Of a DNA stretch of 64,000 nucleotides, positions 57,976 to 64,000 are shown piece by piece. The notes under the pieces were generated by a model. It was given only the letters and a program-made list of their open reading frames with translations, ran no database searches and had not been told where the DNA came from. The stretch's first letter is position 1; each line of letters begins with the position of its first letter. The stretch covers positions 11,420 through 75,419 of the forward strand of contig JANLTI010000202.1 of the NCBI GenBank assembly GCA_031362845.1. Direction: 5' to 3'. The DNA comes from Gemmatimonadaceae bacterium. Its GTDB lineage: Bacteria; Gemmatimonadota; Gemmatimonadetes; Gemmatimonadales; Gemmatimonadaceae. The translations under genes and the position numbers were made by a program.

Positions 57976-60900
57976 TCAGAAGCTCAGGTTGACGGTCGCC
58001 AGCAGGCGGGTGAGCGGAGGCACGAGCCCCTGATTGCCGATGGCGGATGAGGTCGCGACGTTGTTGGTGTTGCCCTCGGGATCGAGGCCCGTGAAGTTCG
58101 TCCACGTGTGCAGCTCGCGGCCCGCGATCGTGACGGACGCCGCCGAGAATCCGCGGATGTACCGCGTCGGCACCGTGACCGTGGCCGACAGCTCGCGCAG
58201 CTTGGCGAACGAGCCGTCTTCGTAGTACTGGTCGGTGATGCCCAGCCCCGCGGCGCTGCCGACATGCTCGGCCAGGTACGTGGGGTCGTACTCGAGCGGG
58301 TAGTAATTGGAGCGGCACAGGTTGGCGCCCGCGGCACCCTGACAGCGAATGGCGTCGTTCGTGTTGTACGCCCGGTGGCCGCGCTTGAAGTCCACCAGTC
58401 CGTACAGCCGCAGGTTCTTGCCGATATAAAAGGTGTTGCCCAACGACCCGGTGGTGCGCGGTGTCGGCGTGCCGATGAACTGGAACGGTGCCGTGGCGCA
58501 GGCCACCGGCGCGGCGCCAGCGGCGCCCTCGCACAGCACGTTGATAGCGAGGTTCGTCACCGGATCACGATCCGCCGACACCACGCGCCGCGTGTAGATG
58601 CCGCCGATCGGACGACCGACGATGTTGCTCTGACCGGCGCTCAGCACCACGCCGCCGATGCCGCCGAGATCCTTGATCTCATCGCGGTTGGTGGCAAGGT
58701 TGCCGACGATCTCCCACGAGAACCCCTGGCGTGTGATCGCCTGGAGCGTGGCCAGCAGCTCGACGCCGGAATTGTCGACGCGGCCGAGGTTGGCGAACTG
58801 GCTGCCGGCGAAGCCGCTGGAGGGTGCGATGGGCTGACTGATGATGACGTCCTGCGTTCGCTTGCTGAACCAGGTGAAGTCCAGCCCGAGGCGCCCGAAC
58901 AGCTGGCCGTCGAAGCCCAGCTCCGTCTCCTTTCCGCGTTCCGGCTTGAGGTCGGGATTGCCGATGGTGTTCGGGGTGACGGCGCTCGTACCGCCCGGAC
59001 CCTGCGCGGGAGAGTACGTGCGCAGCGCGCTGAACGTCGCGGGCTGCCGCCCGGACTCACCGTACGCGGCGCGGAGCTTGAGACTGTTCACGTAGGCGTT
59101 CGCCGGCCAGAACGACTCCTCGTTCACCACCCACGCCGCGCTGACTTTCGGGTAGGTGATCCACTTGAAGTCCTCGCCGAAGGCGCTGTTGTTGTCCACT
59201 CGCAACGCGGCGGTGAGGAAGAGCCGATCGCCCCAGCCGAACTGCTGCTGTCCATACGCGCCGATGGTGGTGTTGATGGTCTGCGTCTGCGTCGCGGTCG
59301 AGGGGTTCGAGACGGCACTCACCGTCTCCACACCGAGGCCAGGGAACCCGGTGCCGCCGAGGAAGCTGGAGTTGAGCTCCGTGCGGAAGAACTGTCCACC
59401 GAGCGAGGTGGTGGAGCGCAGCGAACGGCTGATGTCGAACTTCAATGAACCCGCATAGTCCGCCGAGGCGATGGTGTTGCGGCGCAGCGTCTGGCCGATG
59501 CTGCCGGCGCCGGCGACGGGGCCGATGAACGCGACGAGATCCGGCGTCGCGAATCGCTCGATGGCCCGGCTGTCGTCAGCGGTGAGGTCGATGCCGGCGA
59601 CGAGCCGCTGGCTGAACCAGGCGGTGGGACGATGGTTGAGGGTGGTACTGCCCGTGAAGCGGTGTACGCCCTGCGCATTGTCGTACAGGGTCTGCGGCAC
59701 TTCGGGCGGAAAGTTCGGATAGTGCCCGCGCGCAGCGGCAAACAGGAGCGAGTGACCGGCCACGGCGCCGAGCAATGCTGACGCGCCCACATCCGCCCCG
59801 AGGTGGCCGGAAAGGTTGACGTAGTTGAGGCTCGTGCCGAAGTCCACGGTCTCGCTCGGCGCCACGCCGAGATTCGCGTGAAAGGTGAACTGGCGGAGTG
59901 AGTTGTTCGGCTCGACGCCGAGGTCGTTCTGGTAGGACCCGGACGCGTAGTAGCGCACCACGTCGCGCCCGCCAGACAGCGAGCCGCTGTATTGGCGCGT
60001 CTGTCCCCGCCGGAACAGCGGCGTCCCGCGCGCCTCCTCGACCTCCACCCCATTCCACGTCACGATCTCGCCCGTGGTGGCGTTGCGCGCATAATTCGTG
60101 GGCACGCGGCCGGCCGCATCGCGGAACCAGATCAGTCCGTCCTGCACCTGCAGCTTCACCGCGGGCTTGCCCGTGATGGCGCCCTTCTTCGTGATGATCT
60201 GGATCACGCCGTTCGCCGCCTCCGTACCGTAGATGGTGGCGGCGGCGGGGCCCTTGATGATCTCGATGCTCTCGATGTCTTCCGGGTTGATGTCGTTCAG
60301 TCGCCCTGACACGTTCGACGCCTGACCACCCAGACGGCCGGGAGGGGCGACCGGCCCGGCCGTCGTCGCATTGTTGACGCGCACCCCGTCCACGTAGAGC
60401 AGCGGCGAGTTGTCCAACCCGATGCTGCTGCGGCCACGGATCTGGATGCTTGGCCCTGCCCCGAGCCGACCGGTGCCGGGTGCGATGATGACACCCGGCG
60501 CGCGAGCGCCGATGAGACTACTCAGGCTCTGCGACGCGGACTTCTGCGTGGCTTCGACGGCATTGATCGTCGTCACCGCATTGCCGATCGAGCGGCGCAC
60601 TTCGCCGCCCGCCGTTCCCGTCACTACCACTTCATCGAGCGAAGTGGCAGACGCAGTCAGTTCGATCGTTGCGTTCGTAGTGCCGGCGCTCGCCACGACG
60701 ATGGATTGGCGGACGGACGCGAAGCCGAGACGCCGCACGCTCAACACATGAGTTCCACTCGGCACACCGAGGATGCGGAAGCGTCCATCATCGGCGGACA
60801 CCGCGCCGAGGCGCGTACCGTCCACCTGAATGGTGGCGCCGGCGAGTGGCCGGTTGCTGCGCGCCTCGGTCACCTGCCCCGTCACCGTCGCGACCGCCTG

Positions 60901-61011
60901 TTGGGCGACTACGGGTTGCGCGGAGATGAGCAGCCAGAGGAGTGCGGCTACTGCTCCCGCCACGATCCGGCACGACGGCGTCGCAGCCCGACATGGATCT
61001 GTTCGCATCAT
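57976..61011 (-). CDS. susC: SusC/RagA-family TonB-dependent outer-membrane transporter
   Basis: 1011 aa. CarboxypepD_reg domain (VTGQVTEARSNRPLAGATIQVDG...). Plug (IESIEIIKGPAAATIYGTEAANGVIQIITKKG). C-terminal beta-barrel ending LATVNLSF. Confidence 0.92.
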   Translation of the reverse strand: MMRTDPCRAATPSCRIVAGAVAALLWLLISAQPVVAQQAVATVTGQVTEARSNRPLAGATIQVDGTRLGAVSADDGRFRILGVPSGTHVLSVRRLGFASVRQSIVVASAGTTNATIELTASATSLDEVVVTGTAGGEVRRSIGNAVTTINAVEATQKSASQSLSSLIGARAPGVIIAPGTGRLGAGPSIQIRGRSSIGLDNSPLLYVDGVRVNNATTAGPVAPPGRLGGQASNVSGRLNDINPEDIESIEIIKGPAAATIYGTEAANGVIQIITKKGAITGKPAVKLQVQDGLIWFRDAAGRVPTNYARNATTGEIVTWNGVEVEEARGTPLFRRGQTRQYSGSLSGGRDVVRYYASGSYQNDLGVEPNNSLRQFTFHANLGVAPSETVDFGTSLNYVNLSGHLGADVGASALLGAVAGHSLLFAAARGHYPNFPPEVPQTLYDNAQGVHRFTGSTTLNHRPTAWFSQRLVAGIDLTADDSRAIERFATPDLVAFIGPVAGAGSIGQTLRRNTIASADYAGSLKFDISRSLRSTTSLGGQFFRTELNSSFLGGTGFPGLGVETVSAVSNPSTATQTQTINTTIGAYGQQQFGWGDRLFLTAALRVDNNSAFGEDFKWITYPKVSAAWVVNEESFWPANAYVNSLKLRAAYGESGRQPATFSALRTYSPAQGPGGTSAVTPNTIGNPDLKPERGKETELGFDGQLFGRLGLDFTWFSKRTQDVIISQPIAPSSGFAGSQFANLGRVDNSGVELLATLQAITRQGFSWEIVGNLATNRDEIKDLGGIGGVVLSAGQSNIVGRPIGGIYTRRVVSADRDPVTNLAINVLCEGAAGAAPVACATAPFQFIGTPTPRTTGSLGNTFYIGKNLRLYGLVDFKRGHRAYNTNDAIRCQGAAGANLCRSNYYPLEYDPTYLAEHVGSAAGLGITDQYYEDGSFAKLRELSATVTVPTRYIRGFSAASVTIAGRELHTWTNFTGLDPEGNTNNVATSSAIGNQGLVPPLTRLLATVNLSF

Positions 61012-61094
61012 GAGCTCCTGGAGTAGACCACGTTTAGGTCACCTTCGATCATGTCTGGGGCAGGTCGCGTTGGACGGTCCGATGCGAAGCAGGC

Positions 61095-61336
61095 GGAATC
61101 CACGTGACGCGTTTCCCGTTTGGCGTTTCCCGTTTGGCGTTTTTGCGATTGGCGTTTCCCAATCGGCGTTTCCCGTTTGGCGCTTCCCGTTTGGCGTTTC
61201 CCGTTTGGCGTTTCCCGTTTGGCGTTTCCCGTTTGGCGTTTCCCGTTTGGCGTTTCCCGTTTGGCGTTCTCACCGCGGTCACGCCCTGAAACGCGAAACG
61301 GAGCACGGGCAACGGGTCACTCGTCACGTGGATTCC
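61095..61336. repeat. palindromic intergenic element (copy E) with GGAATCCACGTGACG terminal inverted repeats and an expanded internal tandem array
   Basis: Left ggaatccacgtgacg (61095-61109). Right cgtcacgtggattcc (61322-61336). The right arm, reverse-complemented, reads AGTGACC CGTTGCC CGTGCTC CGTTTCG. Confidence 0.9.
61110..61264. repeat. 14-bp tandem repeat (CGTTTCCCGTTTGG) x about 11, made of two alternating heptads
   Basis: Counted directly: 8 perfect units, one 1-mismatch unit (cgcttcccgtttgg) and two degenerate units (cgtttttgcgattgg, cgtttcccaatcgg). Confidence 0.95.
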
Positions 61337-63101
61337 GGTTGCCCGCGATCGAACCTTGTCGTTCCTGCCACCCATGTCCGCGCACGATCCGCCCTGGCTT
61401 CGCGCCCGTGTGCTTGCCGTCGCGAACCACGTCGATGCCATTCACGAAGACGTCGCGGACGCCGGTCGACAGCTGGTGCGGCCGCTCGTAGGTGCTGTGC
61501 TCCTGGATCGTGGCCGGATCGAACACCACGACGTCGGCGTACAGGCCGGGACGCAGCAGCCCGCGGTCGCCGATGAGCAGCCGCTCGGCGACAGCGCCGG
61601 TCATCTTCCGCACGGCATCCTCGAGCGGGATGATGCGCTCGTCGCGCACGTACTTGCCGAGGATCCGCGTGTAGGTGCCGTACGCGCGGGGATGGGTCAT
61701 CCCGCGTGCGCTGTCGGGGTCCTGGCCGCTCGCATCGGTGCCGATCTTCATCCACGGCTGCTTGAGTGCCAGCCGCACGTTGTCCTCGTTCATGAGGAAG
61801 AAGATCGTGCCGATGCCGCCCGGCTCGGTGAGCACGAGATCCATCAGCGTCTCGAGCCAGTCCTTGCCGGTGCCGGCCGCCACCTCCGACAGCCGCTTTC
61901 CGGACCAGCGCTGGTTCTGCGGCGCTCGGAGCGTGGTGAGTAGCACGCCCTGCGGCGTCCCCTGCTCGCAGAGGCTTTCCCAGTAGCTCGTCGGGCGCGC
62001 GAACTCTTCCCGGATCTGCGCGCGAATCGCCGGGTCCGCGAGACGCTGCTTGAGTTGGCCGTCCGCGTCGAAGCGCGGCGGAAAGCAGGCGGCGAGCCCG
62101 GTGCCGCCCGCGGTGTACGGATAGATGTTTGCCTGCACGTCCAGTCCGGCCGCGCGCGCGGAGTCGATCTTGGCAATCATCGCCGGCATCTTCGGCCAGT
62201 TGGCCGTGCCCGCTGCCTTCAGATGATAGATCTCCACCGGCACACCGCCCTCACGACCGATGCGGAGCGCCTCGTCCATCCCCTCGAGGACCTTGTCCGC
62301 CTCCGAACGCATGTGCGTGATGTACAGCCCACCGTACGGCGCCATCGCCTTCACGATCTCGATCAATTCTTCGGTGCTTGCGTAGTTTCCGGGCGGATAG
62401 ATGAGGGCGGTGCCGAGTCCGAATGCGCCGTCTTCCATGGCGCGGCGCAGCGCGCCACGCATCGAGTCGAGCGCGGCAGCATTCGCCGCGCCCATCTTCA
62501 GCCCCATGCCGTACTCGCGCAGTGTGCTGGCACCGACGAACGATCCGACGTTCGGCGACGTGCCGTTCGCCTGCATCGCACGCAGCCATGTGTCGAAACC
62601 TCGCGGGCCCATGAAGCGACGCGCCGCCGCGTTCTCGGGCCGGTCGCCCGCGCGACCACCGATCGTGAGCTCGCTGATGGGCGCGGCGGTGTACGCCTCG
62701 CCCAGGATTTCGGTGGTGACGCCCTGGGTCAGCTTGCTCACGCTACGACCGTCACCATTCAGGAATCCACCGCCGCCACTCTGGATGTCGATGAAGCCGG
62801 GCGCGACGACCATTCCCGTCGCGTCGATGCGCCGTCGCGTCGGCCGGCCAGCCAGTGAACCACGGCGACCCACCGCGGCAATGCGGTCGCCTCGAATCGC
62901 GACGTCGCCGTAGAACCAGGGGTTTCCGGTTCCGTCGACGATGCGCCCGTTCGTGATGACGACGTCGTAGCTGTCTGACGCCGCGGGAAGGCGCACATCC
63001 GGACCGGCCGGCCGCGCGAGCGATCCGGTGCAGGCGCTTCCGACCAACGCGCTGATGGCGCTGAGGAGCGCTCTCATTCGTCGTGACGTGAGGGCGCTCA
63101 T
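61317..63101 (-). CDS. N-acyl-D-amino-acid deacylase (D-aminoacylase)-like amidohydrolase, lipoprotein
   Basis: Lipobox SALVGSAC. D-aminoacylase-like N-terminal beta domain (VVITNGRIVDGTGNPWFYGDVAIRGDRIAAVG). Motifs ITHMRSE, VEIYHLKAAG, KIGTDASG. The last 6 codons and the stop lie inside repeat copy E. Confidence 0.78.
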   Translation of the reverse strand: MSALTSRRMRALLSAISALVGSACTGSLARPAGPDVRLPAASDSYDVVITNGRIVDGTGNPWFYGDVAIRGDRIAAVGRRGSLAGRPTRRRIDATGMVVAPGFIDIQSGGGGFLNGDGRSVSKLTQGVTTEILGEAYTAAPISELTIGGRAGDRPENAAARRFMGPRGFDTWLRAMQANGTSPNVGSFVGASTLREYGMGLKMGAANAAALDSMRGALRRAMEDGAFGLGTALIYPPGNYASTEELIEIVKAMAPYGGLYITHMRSEADKVLEGMDEALRIGREGGVPVEIYHLKAAGTANWPKMPAMIAKIDSARAAGLDVQANIYPYTAGGTGLAACFPPRFDADGQLKQRLADPAIRAQIREEFARPTSYWESLCEQGTPQGVLLTTLRAPQNQRWSGKRLSEVAAGTGKDWLETLMDLVLTEPGGIGTIFFLMNEDNVRLALKQPWMKIGTDASGQDPDSARGMTHPRAYGTYTRILGKYVRDERIIPLEDAVRKMTGAVAERLLIGDRGLLRPGLYADVVVFDPATIQEHSTYERPHQLSTGVRDVFVNGIDVVRDGKHTGAKPGRIVRGHGWQERQGSIAGNRNPRDE

Positions 63102-64000
63102 GTGGCCGCCACCACGGTGCGCTGCGTCGAGACGTCCTCTGTGCGCACGGTGATCGAGTCCAGGAAGTCGCGGTCCACCATCACGCCGAGTCCAGGCCGG
63201 TCGATCGGCACGCGCACCATTCCTTCATCGTCCATTGTCCACTCCGGAGTAATGACGTCGCGGTGCCAGTATCGTGCGCTCGGGCTCAGGTCACCCGGCA
63301 AGGAGAAGTTCGGGAGCGACGCGAGCGCCACGTTGTACGCCCGGCCGATGCCGCTCTCGAGCATGCCGCCGCACCAGACGGGGATCTGCGCGCTGGCACA
63401 GACGTCGTGGATGGCCTTCGACGCACTGAATCCGCCAACGCGGCCCGGCTTGATGTTCACGATCCGTCCGCTCCCGAGCGCGATCATGTCTTCCGCGCGG
63501 TCCACGCTCGTGATGGATTCGTCGAGACAGATCGGTGTCTTCAGGCGGCGCTGGAGGGCAGCGTGCCGCACGAGGTCATCGTCGCCGAGCGGTTGCTCCA
63601 GCATGATCAGCCCGAATTCGTCGAGTCGCCCGAGCTGATCGCTGTCGCGGAGCGTGTACGCCGAGTTCGCGTCCGCCATCAGTCCCATGTCTGCGCCGAG
63701 CGCGTCCCGCACCGCGCGCACGTACTCGACATCCTGCCCGGGACGGATCTTCAGCTTGATCTTGCGGTAGCCAGCGGCGACCGCGGCCTGTGCGCGCGCG
63801 ACGAGGGCGGCGGGCTCGCTCTGCAGGCCGAGCGAGATGCCGGTGGGCACGCGGTCGCGAGTGCCGCCAAGGAGCGATGACAGCGACACGCCGGCCGATT
63901 CGGCGGCGAGGCCCCAACAGCCCATCTCGAGCGCGGCCTTCGCCATGTTGTGGCCGCGGATGTGTTCGTCCAGGAGCGGATGCACCTCCGCCGGACCCGC
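63098..64000 (-). CDS. enolase-superfamily racemase/epimerase (N-succinylamino-acid racemase / o-succinylbenzoate synthase-like), N-terminus beyond the window
   Basis: KIKLKI (KxK), DANSAY, MLEQPL, CLDESI, NIKPGRVGG, in the order typical of the MLE/OSBS-NSAR subgroup. The frame is open to base 64000. ATGA-type 4-nt overlap with the D-aminoacylase start. Confidence 0.8.
   Translation of the reverse strand, partial: AGPAEVHPLLDEHIRGHNMAKAALEMGCWGLAAESAGVSLSSLLGGTRDRVPTGISLGLQSEPAALVARAQAAVAAGYRKIKLKIRPGQDVEYVRAVRDALGADMGLMADANSAYTLRDSDQLGRLDEFGLIMLEQPLGDDDLVRHAALQRRLKTPICLDESITSVDRAEDMIALGSGRIVNIKPGRVGGFSASKAIHDVCASAQIPVWCGGMLESGIGRAYNVALASLPNFSLPGDLSPSARYWHRDVITPEWTMDDEGMVRVPIDRPGLGVMVDRDFLDSITVRTEDVSTQRTVVAAT

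Noticed and set aside
61110-61264. Possibility that the tandem arrays (also 24022..24070 and 48350..48426) are CRISPR arrays.
   Set aside because: The units are 7 or 14 bp and directly abut with no spacers. There are no cas genes and no leader. The arrays are microsatellite or minisatellite-like.
61104-61491. ORFs encoding FPFGVSRLAFPVWR-type repeats (61104..61289, 61120..61491, 61049..61441, part of 60830..61576).
   Set aside because: They are translations of the 14-bp tandem repeat. Because 14 is not a multiple of 3, the peptide repeat is a by-product. All three frames on both strands are open, and there is no start context.

Overview
This is a visibly high-GC bacterial chromosomal segment (GC not computed). 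I can support about 55 protein genes and one tRNA. I saw no rRNA, CRISPR array, transposase, integrase or phage genes. All family calls come from motifs read in the supplied translations; no database search was possible. The gene content (SusC/SusD pair, alternative complex III, TonB-ExbB-ExbD-ExbD-TonB cluster, LVIVD protein) fits a Gemmatimonadota-like or other FCB-group organism, but that is only an impression.

Layout:
- 0-4.6 kb: an SSS transporter and a BadF-type sugar kinase, followed by a bacteriophytochrome histidine kinase.
- 4.6-11.3 kb: a minus-strand block of a DAACS symporter, two APC permeases and an H+-pyrophosphatase.
- 11.4-14.8 kb: the TonB/ExbBD cluster.
- 14.9-20.0 kb: two two-component systems in one tightly packed operon.
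- 20.3-23.9 kb: peroxiredoxin, HAD hydrolase plus SemiSWEET, and amtB-glnK.
- 23.9 kb: tRNA-Ala.
- 24.1-32.2 kb: alternative complex III, actABCDEF.
- 32.4-45.1 kb: a tightly packed six-gene operon (family-5 SBP, heparinase II/III-like protein, SpoU methyltransferase, class III aminotransferase, two amidohydrolases), with divergent ABC permeases and a GH38 enzyme.
- 45.2-48.4 kb: small membrane proteins, an M15A peptidase, DedA and SodA.
- 48.5-64 kb: a SusC/SusD-centred locus.

Two things stand out:
1. The 48.5-64 kb locus. Its cargo genes all look like D-amino-acid or cell-wall-peptide enzymes rather than glycan enzymes: S12 hydrolases, an M19 dipeptidase, a VanX-type dipeptidase, a D-aminoacylase-like protein and an NSAR-like racemase. 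It is a candidate peptide utilization locus.
2. A family of intergenic elements built from 7-bp-periodic CGT-phased repeats. Some carry GGAATCCACGTGACG-type terminal inverted repeats, and some are expanded into 7-bp or 14-bp tandem arrays. They sit between genes, three of them inside the SusCD locus, and no annotated feature type explains them.

The many long antisense ORFs in the track are high-GC shadow ORFs and were rejected.
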